A stretch of DNA of 64,000 bases, taken from NCBI GenBank assembly GCA_943787445.1, contig CALSML010000025.1, positions 1,335-65,334 of the forward strand. Reading direction: 5' to 3'. This DNA is from an uncultured Alphaproteobacteria bacterium (GTDB lineage Bacteria; Pseudomonadota; Alphaproteobacteria; UBA6615). The position numbers and the translations under genes were made by a program. The notes beneath the pieces were generated by a model, which had not been told where the DNA came from, made no database searches, and saw only the letters and a program-made list of their open reading frames with translations. The first letter of the stretch is position 1; each line of letters begins with the position of its first letter. Of this stretch, positions 38,076-47,256 are shown one piece after another.

Positions 38076-39044
38076 ATGAAGCTGGTGACGTTTTTGACTG
38101 CGGAGGGTTCCGAACGGATCGGGGCACTGAATGGTGACGAAACCAGGGTCGTTGATCTGGCAGCAACTGATGACCAGCCCTGTTTTGCTTCCATGCTGGA
38201 CCTGATGGAAGCCGGAAAACTCGGCCTGGACCGGGCGCGTGACATTCTGTCGGCCTCCAGTGCGGATGCCGGCCTTGATCTGGCTGGTGTGACCTTGCGC
38301 ACGCCGGTCCCGGTGCCGCCGCAAATCCGGGATTTTCTGTGTTTCGAAGAGCATCTGATCAACGGCTACAACATGCTTCGCAAGAAGAAGGCCGAGGCCG
38401 AGCCGGACCCGGTCGAAGCACTGGCCCGGTTTGAGAGAGAAGGGGTCTTTGCCATCCCTGATATCTGGTACGAGCAGCCGGTGTATTACAAACCCAGCCG
38501 GTTTGGCGTGATCGGCACCGGGCAGGAAGTTAGCTGGCCGCCATTTTCGGAGTTGCTGGACTACGAAATGGAATTCGGTGCCTGGATTGGCACCAGCGGC
38601 AAGGATGTTTCGCCGGACGAGGCCAAAGACATGATCTTTGGCTATTCGATCTTCAATGACATCTCTGCGCGCGACACGCAGGCCCGTGAAATGTCGGCCG
38701 GGCTGGGACCGGGCAAAGGCAAGGATTTCGAGACCGGAAACATCATCGGACCCTGCATTGTGACCGCGGACAGCTTTGATCCCTACAGCGCCGACATGAT
38801 CGTGCGGATCAATGGCGAAGAGCGGTCACGGGGCAATTCGCGGGACATGCACTGGAAGTTCGAAGATTGCATCGCCCATACCGCGCAGGCGGAAACTGTC
38901 TACTCCGGTGAGTTTTTCTGTTCGGGAACCGTGCCATGGGGCTGTGGACTCGAACACGATCTGTACTTGTCTGACGGCGATGTCGTGGAACTGGAAGTGA
39001 CCGGCATCGGCGCGCTGAAAAACCGGGTTGTGAAGCAAACGTAA
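38076..39044 (+). CDS. Fumarylacetoacetate hydrolase family protein
   Basis: RDFLCFEEH, LDYEME, GYSIFNDISARD.Q, KGKDF, SGT. Confidence 0.92.
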   Translation: MKLVTFLTAEGSERIGALNGDETRVVDLAATDDQPCFASMLDLMEAGKLGLDRARDILSASSADAGLDLAGVTLRTPVPVPPQIRDFLCFEEHLINGYNMLRKKKAEAEPDPVEALARFEREGVFAIPDIWYEQPVYYKPSRFGVIGTGQEVSWPPFSELLDYEMEFGAWIGTSGKDVSPDEAKDMIFGYSIFNDISARDTQAREMSAGLGPGKGKDFETGNIIGPCIVTADSFDPYSADMIVRINGEERSRGNSRDMHWKFEDCIAHTAQAETVYSGEFFCSGTVPWGCGLEHDLYLSDGDVVELEVTGIGALKNRVVKQT

Positions 39045-39060
39045 GGTCAGGGAGCAGAAC

Positions 39061-40056
39061 ATGGCGAAATGGGAATTTACCAAGGGTCTTCATGAGGTTG
39101 GCAACGGGCTTTATGCGTATCTGCTGCCCGATGGCGGTTGGTGCTGGTCCAACACGGGCCTGATCGTCGACGGAGACGAAAGCATTCTGATCGACACGCT
39201 GTTTGATCTGCCGATGACCGCCGACATGCTCGACACCATGCGAGATGCCGTCGCGGCGTCCAAGCGCATCGGGAAACTGGTGAACACCCATGCCAATGCA
39301 GATCACACCTGGGGCAACCAACTGGTGAAAGAGGCGGAAATCATCGCTTCGACCGGTTGTGCCGAGGAGTTCGATCATTTCCTGCCCGAAACCCTGCTCG
39401 AACTGATGGGGCAGTCCAAGGAACTCGGTGTGCTGGGCGAGTTTTTGGAGCACTGTTTCTCGCCGTTCGATATCACCGGAATTGAGCTGACTCATCCGAC
39501 CACGACCTTCAGCGATGAGAAAACGATCACGGTCGGGGATCGAAAGGTCGATCTTTACAGCGTTGGCCCGGCTCATACGCGCGGCGATGTGCTGGTCCAT
39601 CTTCCCGAGGACAACATGATGTTTTCCGGAGATATCCTGTTTGTCGGCGGACATCCTGTGATCTGGGATGGACCGATCGACAACTGGCGTAAGGCCTGTG
39701 ACAAAATTCTCGAACTCAACCCGGCAGTTGTTGTGCCTGGGCATGGCCCGATATCCGGGGTCGAGGAAGTCCGCCGGTTCCGCGCCTATCTGGACGAAAT
39801 GGAACACGAATGCCGCAAGCGGTTTGATGCGGGGCTCGATGAAATGGAAGCGGCCAAGGACATCGCGCTGGCCAACTATGAAGACTGGAACGACGCCGAG
39901 CGCGTCTTCGCCAATGTAGCGGCGATCTATCGCGAATTCCGGGGTATTCCGGCCAGTGAAGGACTAACCCCAATGGAAGTCTTTGCGGGAATGGCGGAAC
40001 TCTTCAAGCACCAGAAGACCAGCGGGACCCACGGTCATCACGGACATGCGCATTAG
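39061..40056 (+). CDS. Metallo-beta-lactamase-fold hydrolase with His-rich C-terminus
   Basis: SNTG, IDT, THANADH, AHTRGD, GD, PGHG. Confidence 0.9.
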   Translation: MAKWEFTKGLHEVGNGLYAYLLPDGGWCWSNTGLIVDGDESILIDTLFDLPMTADMLDTMRDAVAASKRIGKLVNTHANADHTWGNQLVKEAEIIASTGCAEEFDHFLPETLLELMGQSKELGVLGEFLEHCFSPFDITGIELTHPTTTFSDEKTITVGDRKVDLYSVGPAHTRGDVLVHLPEDNMMFSGDILFVGGHPVIWDGPIDNWRKACDKILELNPAVVVPGHGPISGVEEVRRFRAYLDEMEHECRKRFDAGLDEMEAAKDIALANYEDWNDAERVFANVAAIYREFRGIPASEGLTPMEVFAGMAELFKHQKTSGTHGHHGHAH

Positions 40057-40090
40057 CTGATCGCTCCCTGCCACTCGACCATAGTCCCAC

Positions 40091-40810
40091 CTAATCGTCC
40101 AGTTCGGGGTAGTGGCGGAAGATGCCGTGTTCGTTGAAGGGAATGCGCCGGTCCGAGGCCAGATACGCCGCAACACCCGGTCGGGTGGCGATGCGGTCAT
40201 GCAGGGCGATCACTGCCGGATAGTCCGGTTCCAGCATCGCCATCGTTTTGGGAAAGGCGTAGCGCATGCCTTCGACAATCTGGAACAGCGAAAGTTCCGG
40301 ATGAGTGCAAGCGCCACCGACCAGAAAGCCGTCGGACTGAAGCAGGTGTTCGCAGTAGCCGCAGAATTTCGGAATGCGCAATTCGCGAAAGCTGGGCGCG
40401 CGGCGCAATGCTTCGTCCTGCTGATCTTCGTAATAGAATTCCTTGGCCAGCGGATGGTGCACGTCATGTGCCTCGACCAGAAAATCGGCCAGTAGCATGG
40501 ACAGTTCCAGAGCACGTCGGCGTTCATTTTCGTTTTCGGGGGCCAGTCCGTGCCGCACACCCAGATAATCCATGATGAGAGGGGTTTGTGTGACCAGCGT
40601 GTCGCCGTCTTTCAGGATTGGCGGGGCAAAGGGCGGTTTGGCATGGTCGGGGGCGTCAAGGAAATTGCGTAAGGCGGGAATTCCGCCACCTTCGCTTTCG
40701 GGTTTTCGAACAACGTCGACATAGTCCGCGCCGACATCCTCGAGCAGAAGTCGAATGAATTCGCCACGTCCCTGAATGGTGGGCCAGTAATAGAGTTCGT
40801 ACATTGTCAT
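40091..40810 (-). CDS. Glutathione S-transferase
   Basis: LYYWP.IQGRGEFIRL, FAPP, QT..I, FNEHGIFRHYPELD. Confidence 0.88.
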   Translation of the reverse strand: MTMYELYYWPTIQGRGEFIRLLLEDVGADYVDVVRKPESEGGGIPALRNFLDAPDHAKPPFAPPILKDGDTLVTQTPLIMDYLGVRHGLAPENENERRRALELSMLLADFLVEAHDVHHPLAKEFYYEDQQDEALRRAPSFRELRIPKFCGYCEHLLQSDGFLVGGACTHPELSLFQIVEGMRYAFPKTMAMLEPDYPAVIALHDRIATRPGVAAYLASDRRIPFNEHGIFRHYPELDD

Positions 40811-40867
40811 GACCTAGCGGCTGTCTGTATCCTGCGCCATTCTAGCGTGGGGGAGGCGAAGTTATCC

Positions 40868-42397
40868 ATGAATCTCAATCAGTTGCTTGGGCGCGCCGCG
40901 CGTTCGTTTCCTGACCGGGTCGCGATTTCGCACGGCACGGCCGATTATTGTGACTATGCGGCCCTGGCGCGTCGCGCAGCAGGGCTGGCCGGTGCGATGC
41001 AGGGGCCGTTGGGCTTGCAGGCGAATGACCGGGTCGGCCTGTTCATGACCAACACGCCGGAATATCTCGAGGCGTTTCATGGGGCCTTGCATGCGGGCAT
41101 GACAGCGCTGCCCATCAACAACAAACTGCATGAGAAGGAACTCGCCTACATTCTGGACGACGCCGGAGCCGGTGCTTTATTCGTGACGCCGGACCTTGCC
41201 GAGAAAGCTGCAAAGGGCCTCGACATCGCAGGCAGCAAGGCGCGGATCGTGGTTGTAGGGGAAGCCGAATATGCCCGCCATCGCGATGGTGATGCAGCCG
41301 CGATGGTCGATCAGGGCGACGACGATCTCGCCTGGCTGTTCTACACCTCGGGGACCACCGGTAATCCCAAGGGAGCGATGCTCAGCCATCGCAATCTGTG
41401 GGAGATGATGCTGACCTATTTTCTGGATGTGGACCGTGTGCCGGTCAACGGTGCGGCACTGCATCCGGCGCCGATGTCCCACGGTTCGGGGTTTTACGGC
41501 ATTCCGCATCTGGCGGTTGGAGCACGACAAGTGGTTCCGGAATCCGGCGGCTTCGAGCCCGATGAAATCCTGCATCTGTGTCAGAAGCTTGAAGAAGTAT
41601 CTCTGTTTGCAGCTCCGACCATGGTGAAGCGACTGGTCAACCACAGGGGCGGCGGTGACGCCCCCAATCTGCGGACGGTCACCTATGGCGGCGGGCCGAT
41701 GTATGTGGCTGATCTGAAAGAGGCGCTGGCGCGCTTCGGCCAGAAATTCATACAAATCTACGGGCAGGGGGAAAGCCCGATGTGCATCACGGTGTTGCCG
41801 CGCGAAGATCACGCCGACACGAATCATCCGCGCCATGAGGAGCGGCTGGCGTCGGTGGGCTACGCCCAGTCTGTCGTCGATGTGAAGGTTGTGGACGGAG
41901 ATGACAAAGAACTTCCGACGGGTGAGGTCGGCGAAATTCTGGTGAAGGGCGCAGTTGTGATGCGCGGCTACTGGAACCGGCCCGATGCGTCCGCGGAATC
42001 CCTGCGCGGCGGCTGGCTGCACACCGGCGACATGGGGGCGTTTGATGGTGATGGCTATCTCACCCTCAAGGACCGCTCCAAGGACATGATCATCTCTGGT
42101 GGGAGCAATATCTATCCCCGCGAGATCGAGGAAATTCTGCTGCGTCATCCGGATGTTGCCGAATGCGCCGTGGTGGGGCGTCCCCATGAGGAATGGGGCG
42201 AGGAGGTCGTCGCTTTCGTGGCTCCACGTGAAGGGGCGGATGTGAATACAGCTGAACTCGACCAGCTCTGTCTGGAAAACATCGCCCGCTTCAAGCGACC
42301 AAAGGATTACCGGGTGGCGGCGTCATTGCCGAAGAACAACTATGGCAAGATCGTCAAACGCGAGTTGCGCAATCAGCTTGAGGCTGAGGACAAGTAG
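40868..42397 (+). CDS. Acyl-CoA synthetase (AMP-forming)
   Basis: YTSGTTGNPKG, YGQGE, TGD, DRSKDMIISGG, LPKNNYGK. Confidence 0.93.
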   Translation: MNLNQLLGRAARSFPDRVAISHGTADYCDYAALARRAAGLAGAMQGPLGLQANDRVGLFMTNTPEYLEAFHGALHAGMTALPINNKLHEKELAYILDDAGAGALFVTPDLAEKAAKGLDIAGSKARIVVVGEAEYARHRDGDAAAMVDQGDDDLAWLFYTSGTTGNPKGAMLSHRNLWEMMLTYFLDVDRVPVNGAALHPAPMSHGSGFYGIPHLAVGARQVVPESGGFEPDEILHLCQKLEEVSLFAAPTMVKRLVNHRGGGDAPNLRTVTYGGGPMYVADLKEALARFGQKFIQIYGQGESPMCITVLPREDHADTNHPRHEERLASVGYAQSVVDVKVVDGDDKELPTGEVGEILVKGAVVMRGYWNRPDASAESLRGGWLHTGDMGAFDGDGYLTLKDRSKDMIISGGSNIYPREIEEILLRHPDVAECAVVGRPHEEWGEEVVAFVAPREGADVNTAELDQLCLENIARFKRPKDYRVAASLPKNNYGKIVKRELRNQLEAEDK

Positions 42398-42410
42398 ACA
42401 AGTCCAGAGT

Positions 42411-43316
42411 TTATTCCTTAGCCATCACGTCAGTGAGGTTCGCCACACCGTCGTGATAGCCCTGTGGATCCTCCATGGCGATAATCTGTGGCCACAGTTC
42501 GGCGATTTTCTCTGGTGTCATGTTCTGGCGGGGGTCAACGCGGACTCCGGCCCCCTCCATGACCTGTATGCGGGAATAGTAACCGGCGGTAGCCGAAAGG
42601 ATGTTGCCGCTGTCGGTACAGTCTTCGCTGACCAGATAGGCGACCATGGCTGCGACCGCATCGGGGGTCACCAGTTCGGGGTCGTAGGTGTCGAAGATGC
42701 CAGAGGGTTCGGCAATCCGCGTGGCGGCGAGCGGGGCGAGGGCGTTGATCGTGATGTTGTTGCGCGCGCCTTCCAGTTTCAGCGTGTTCATGAAGCCAAT
42801 CACCGCCATCTTGGCCGCGGAATAGTTGCTCTGTCCGAAATTGCCGTAGAGGCCGGAATTCGACGAGACCATGAGAATGCGGCCGTAATTGGCGTTGCGC
42901 ATATGCGGGATGGCAGCGTGGGTAACATAGACCGACCCCAGAAGATGCACCTTCACGACGAATTCGTAGTCGTCGAGGGTCATCTTATGGAAGGATTTGT
43001 CGCGCACAATCCCGGCATTGTTGATGATGATATCCGTGCTACCAAAGGTATCCATCGCTGTCGCGACGATCTGTGCGGCGCTGTCCCGTTCGGCAACACT
43101 GTCATAACTGGCGACAGCTTCGCCGCCGGAAGCCCGGATTTCCTCGACAACGGCATCTGCCGGCGTGGCCGAGGACCCGCTGCCGTCAATGGCACCACCG
43201 ATATCATTGACCACGACTTTGGCCCCGCGCGCGCCCAATGCGAGGGCATAGCTTCGGCCCAGCCCGTGTCCCGCACCGGTGACAATTGCCACGCGTCCAT
43301 CGAATCGAATTGCCAT
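42411..43316 (-). CDS. SDR, 3-hydroxyacyl-CoA dehydrogenase (MFE-2-like)
   Basis: TGAGHGLG, VVNDIG, NNAGIVRD, GNFGQSNYSAAK. Confidence 0.92.
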   Translation of the reverse strand: MAIRFDGRVAIVTGAGHGLGRSYALALGARGAKVVVNDIGGAIDGSGSSATPADAVVEEIRASGGEAVASYDSVAERDSAAQIVATAMDTFGSTDIIINNAGIVRDKSFHKMTLDDYEFVVKVHLLGSVYVTHAAIPHMRNANYGRILMVSSNSGLYGNFGQSNYSAAKMAVIGFMNTLKLEGARNNITINALAPLAATRIAEPSGIFDTYDPELVTPDAVAAMVAYLVSEDCTDSGNILSATAGYYSRIQVMEGAGVRVDPRQNMTPEKIAELWPQIIAMEDPQGYHDGVANLTDVMAKE

Positions 43317-43522
43317 TCTGTCCCCCAACTAAAAACCATATTCCGTGGCAAATCGCCAACAGGGTGATTGGTTTTCATTGGCCGCTTCGAGTCAAGAGAT
43401 TCCGGTGTTTTCAAAGATCGATCATCACCGAATTGCGCGTGGATTTTCGAGCGCGCGCGCGTTAGCTTGCGCCGCCCCGTGAGATGGGCGCCGTGGGACA
43501 GGACAAAACTGGGGAACAAACG

Positions 43523-44443
43523 ATGGAATTGGCAAATCTGGATTGGACCATCTACTGGTTCATGTTTCCGATTTCGATGGGGGTTGCGACAACGGCGATG
43601 CTGAGCGGAATCGGTGGAGCCGCCCTGTTCGCGCCGATCTTCCTTATCATTTTTCCGTTTCTCGGACCCGATTATGTTCTCGCCGGTGCAGCCGCTGCGA
43701 TCGGCACCGCGCTGATGACCGAGGTCTTCGGGTTTTCCTCTGGTTTCGTCGGCTATTACCGGAAGGGACTGATTCATTTTCGCAGCGCCTTTCCATTTCT
43801 GATGGTGGCGATTCCCGTTGCCGTTGTTGGCGCTCTTATGCTGGCTACCCTGAAAGAGCAGGAAGGCGTGCTGAAAGCAGCTTATGCCTTGCTGATGCTG
43901 GTGCTGGCACCGATCATTTTCCGGCATCACCCGCCTGAAGAACTGGCTCAGGAGGAAGATCACCGGTTTGATGGTTCGGGCCGGGAGCCGGTCAGTGTGA
44001 CTGCAGCTGATGGTCAGACCTACAATTTCAAGAAACCGAAGCAGGGGGTTGATGGTGCCGCGACGACGGGTGTGGGCTCCTTTCTGACGGGCCTGCTCGG
44101 GGTGGGGATCGGTGAAGTGATCATGCCGCAACTCGTCAAACGAAATCACGTACCAGTGCCTGTGGCGGCGGCAACCTCGGTCTTTATCGTGATCGTGACC
44201 ATTGCCGTGGCGTCGTTCACGCAGGTTTCGACCCTGATCGCGGCGGGTGGCGCCAACGTCATCCCCTGGAATCTAGTGTGCTACACTATTCCCGGCGTGA
44301 TTATCGGTGGTCAGATCGGCCCCAGACTGCAGGGTAAGGTCTCCCAGCGGACAATGGAACGTACAATTGCCATTTTGTTCGCGATCATTGGTCTGGCGAT
44401 GGGATTCATCGCGCTCCGCGATCTTGGAGTGTTTGGCGCTTAA
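43523..44443 (+). CDS. TauE/SafE (TSUP) family membrane protein
   Basis: GIGGA..F.P, GVGIG, AAATS, GGQIG repeats; multiple TM helices. Confidence 0.82.
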   Translation: MELANLDWTIYWFMFPISMGVATTAMLSGIGGAALFAPIFLIIFPFLGPDYVLAGAAAAIGTALMTEVFGFSSGFVGYYRKGLIHFRSAFPFLMVAIPVAVVGALMLATLKEQEGVLKAAYALLMLVLAPIIFRHHPPEELAQEEDHRFDGSGREPVSVTAADGQTYNFKKPKQGVDGAATTGVGSFLTGLLGVGIGEVIMPQLVKRNHVPVPVAAATSVFIVIVTIAVASFTQVSTLIAAGGANVIPWNLVCYTIPGVIIGGQIGPRLQGKVSQRTMERTIAILFAIIGLAMGFIALRDLGVFGA

Positions 44444-44461
44444 CCAGCAAACGTAGTTACG

Positions 44462-45196
44462 ATGTCACTTGGTTTATCAGATGATCGAAATCGTCGGCGA
44501 CGCCGACGGTTGGTGTTTGGTGCCTCATTTCGGTGGGGGCTCGCGCTCGCGGTGGGTGTGGGCGTCGGTTTGTACGCTCATGACATCGGCTCGGACATTG
44601 CCCAGCAGCAGGTCACCGAATTGCGGATGCAGCTGAACGAGGAAACGGAAAGCGGCGAGAAGTTGCGGTCCGAGGTCATCGGTCTGGAGGCAGCGCTGCG
44701 CAGCGAACGGGACAAGGTGGCAAACTGGCGCGCTCGGTATAAGGCCGATGTGCCCAGTGAGGACGAGATGCCAATCATGGAGGCCATCCGCGCGCGGCTG
44801 AACGAGGGAGTCTCGACGGAAAGACTGCAGACGGTGGTCTCGATCGTGCGCGATGATGTGACCTGCGAGCCTTTGGGCGTGACTAAACGGTTCTTTGTGA
44901 ACAATGAAATCAGCCGTGGTGCCAATGATTCCGTCAGTTTTGCCAATGGAAAGATCACCATCACCGGTGATGGAGTGGCGGCGCGGAATGCCAACAATAA
45001 GTCCGAAGCCTGGTTTGACACCAAGTCACCGGTCACCCTGATCATCTCACATCTGGGCGGTGAGAACTCCAAGGTATCCGGCCTGTTGCCGCTGCATCAG
45101 TCGGTGGCCATTGGTGATGTTGAGTATCGGTTCACGGCTGTGGTCGGGGCGCGTTCATTTGTGAATGTGACCGGAGAGCGGTGCCCGATCTCCTGA
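44462..45196 (+). CDS. Hypothetical single-pass membrane protein with coiled coil
   Basis: Arg-rich N-terminus, TM helix, heptad region, Cys-bounded beta-rich C-terminal domain. Confidence 0.65.
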   Translation: MSLGLSDDRNRRRRRRLVFGASFRWGLALAVGVGVGLYAHDIGSDIAQQQVTELRMQLNEETESGEKLRSEVIGLEAALRSERDKVANWRARYKADVPSEDEMPIMEAIRARLNEGVSTERLQTVVSIVRDDVTCEPLGVTKRFFVNNEISRGANDSVSFANGKITITGDGVAARNANNKSEAWFDTKSPVTLIISHLGGENSKVSGLLPLHQSVAIGDVEYRFTAVVGARSFVNVTGERCPIS

Positions 45197-45322
45197 AAAA
45201 TTCTATTCAAAATCATGTGTTTGATGCGGGTGTTTGCGATCCGTTTGGCGTAAGTTCTGCGCGCGCAACGTAAACTTGGATGAAAATTTTGCGTGTGCGC
45301 CGCAAAACAGATACGCAAGAAT

Positions 45323-45351
45323 CTTGAATCAAGCCCGCCGAACGACTAAAT
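45323..45351 (+). promoter_or_regulatory. Candidate RpoH (sigma32)-type promoter
   Basis: CTTGAA-N17-CTAAAT upstream of the ABC operon. Confidence 0.45.
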
Positions 45352-45533
45352 CGGTCGGCGGTATTACGAAAGGCCCTGCGAACGGGGCTGCAAAATGAAG
45401 AAATGCCGGCGGTTTGGCGGCATCGGCGAGAATTGTTACAGCGGCGTTTCTGACCGCGAATTTCAAAGTCGATCTGACCGACCCCAATGGTTTTCGCAGC
45501 AGCGGAAATCGCAACGGAGGGAATGGACGAGCC

Positions 45534-46526
45534 GTGACTAAGCTCCTTGATATCAAGGGCCTGACCAAGAGGTTTGGGCCCATCACCGCCGTGGACGATG
45601 TGTCGTTCTCGGTCGATCGTGGTGAAGTACTCGGTTTTCTTGGCCCCAATGGTGCTGGAAAATCAACGACGATGAAGATTGTGACTGGCTTTCTGTCTCC
45701 GTCAGAAGGCGCTGTCGAAGTATGCGGACATGACGTGGCACGTGAACCGATGGCCATCAAACGCCGCATCGGTTATTTGCCGGAAGGTGCGCCGCTTTAT
45801 GGTGACATGACGCCGATGGCGCTGCTGCAGTTTGTCTGCAAGCTGCGCCAGCTCTCGACGGAAGACACCAGCCGCGGGATCGATTACGCGGTCGAGAAAC
45901 TGCACATCAGCAATGTCCTTTATCAGCCGATCGAGACCCTCTCGAAAGGCTACAAGCGCCGGGTCGGGCTTGCCCAGGCGATCGTGCATGATCCCGAGGT
46001 TCTGATCCTCGATGAACCTACCGACGGGCTGGACCCCAACCAGAAGCACGAAGTTCGCGAGCTTTTGACCGAGATGGCCGGCAAAAAGGCCGTGATCATC
46101 TCCACCCATATTCTCGAAGAGGTCGAGGCGGTTTGCTCCCGTGCGATCATCATCGCAAAGGGTAAGCTTGTTGCTGATCAGGATCCGCTGACTCTGCAGT
46201 CCCGCTCACGCCTTCACAACGCCATCGGCATTCGCCTGCCAGTGTCTCAGGTCGAAGCCTGCACCGCGGTGCTCAATGGGCTGGAAAAGGTCACCGCCGT
46301 TCAGACCTCCGCGCAGGTACGGGACACCGTCGAACTGCTTGCCGTGTCCGCGAACGGACTGGAAATTCTCGATCCGGTGCGCACCGCGATCGATGCCAAG
46401 GGCATTCACGTCAATGAAATCTTTGTGGAACGAGGACGTCTCGAAGACGTCTTCCGGGATCTGACCTTTGAAGTGGAAGGCCTGAAAGCGCGGCCCGTTA
46501 TTGGTTCGGAGGTTGAAAATGCATAG
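45534..46526 (+). CDS. ABC transporter ATP-binding protein (GldA-like)
   Basis: GPNGAGKST, LSKGYKRR, LILDEPT, STH. Confidence 0.92.
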   Translation: MTKLLDIKGLTKRFGPITAVDDVSFSVDRGEVLGFLGPNGAGKSTTMKIVTGFLSPSEGAVEVCGHDVAREPMAIKRRIGYLPEGAPLYGDMTPMALLQFVCKLRQLSTEDTSRGIDYAVEKLHISNVLYQPIETLSKGYKRRVGLAQAIVHDPEVLILDEPTDGLDPNQKHEVRELLTEMAGKKAVIISTHILEEVEAVCSRAIIIAKGKLVADQDPLTLQSRSRLHNAIGIRLPVSQVEACTAVLNGLEKVTAVQTSAQVRDTVELLAVSANGLEILDPVRTAIDAKGIHVNEIFVERGRLEDVFRDLTFEVEGLKARPVIGSEVENA

Positions 46527-47253
46527 CATCTGGATCGTGAGCCGACGCGAACTGTCGGCGTACTTCACCTCGCCACTGGCCTATATTTTTATTGTCATTT
46601 TTCTGGCTCTGGCTGGCGGACTGACCTTCTTCTTCGGTGCCTGGCTCGATCGCGGACAGGCCGATTTGCAGGTTTTCTTCATCTACCATCCCTATCTCTA
46701 TCTGTTCCTGATCCCGGCTGTCGGGATGCGGCTTTGGGCCGAAGAGCGGAAGTCGGGCACCATTGAGTTCCTGCTGACCCTGCCGGTCACGACCGGACAG
46801 ATCGTTCTAGGCAAGTTCCTGGCCGCCTGGGTGTTTGCCGGGATTGCGCTGGCCCTGACCTTCCCGATGTGGCTGACCGTCAACTATCTGGGCGCGCCGG
46901 ATAACGGCATCATTCTGGCGGCTTATATCGGCAGTTGGCTTGTTGCCGGAGGATTCCTGGCTCTGAGTTCCTGTGTTTCGGCGCTGACCAAGAATCAGGT
47001 CGTCGCCTTTGTGCTCGCCTCGGCGGTCTGTTTCGTCTTCATGATGAGCGGGGTGGAGATCATCCAGTCCTTCTTCCGGGCCTGGACGCCGCAGGTGTTT
47101 GTGGAATCCGTCGCGGAACTCAGCTTTCTGACGAACTTCACCGAGATTGCCCGTGGTGTCATCGACATCCGGGACATCGTATTTTTCCTCTCCGTGATTG
47201 GGGTCGCCTTGTTCGTCAACACGGCGATTGTCGAAGCGAAGAAGGGGGTCTGA
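46519..47253 (+). CDS. ABC-2 type permease (GldF-like)
   Basis: RELSAYF.SP.AY, MRLWAEERKSGT.E.LLTLP, LTKNQVVA. Confidence 0.9.
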   Translation: MHSIWIVSRRELSAYFTSPLAYIFIVIFLALAGGLTFFFGAWLDRGQADLQVFFIYHPYLYLFLIPAVGMRLWAEERKSGTIEFLLTLPVTTGQIVLGKFLAAWVFAGIALALTFPMWLTVNYLGAPDNGIILAAYIGSWLVAGGFLALSSCVSALTKNQVVAFVLASAVCFVFMMSGVEIIQSFFRAWTPQVFVESVAELSFLTNFTEIARGVIDIRDIVFFLSVIGVALFVNTAIVEAKKGV

Positions 47254-47256
47254 ACC

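Noticed and set aside
42980-44149. 389-aa minus-strand ORF spanning the SDR and TauE genes
   Set aside because: Overlaps two well-supported genes and has no recognisable domain.
43523-44443. TauE-like gene as evidence that the HisD-like cluster degrades a sulfonate
   Set aside because: It lies about 30 kb away, the family is functionally broad, and no sulfolactate or sulfite-releasing enzymes are present.
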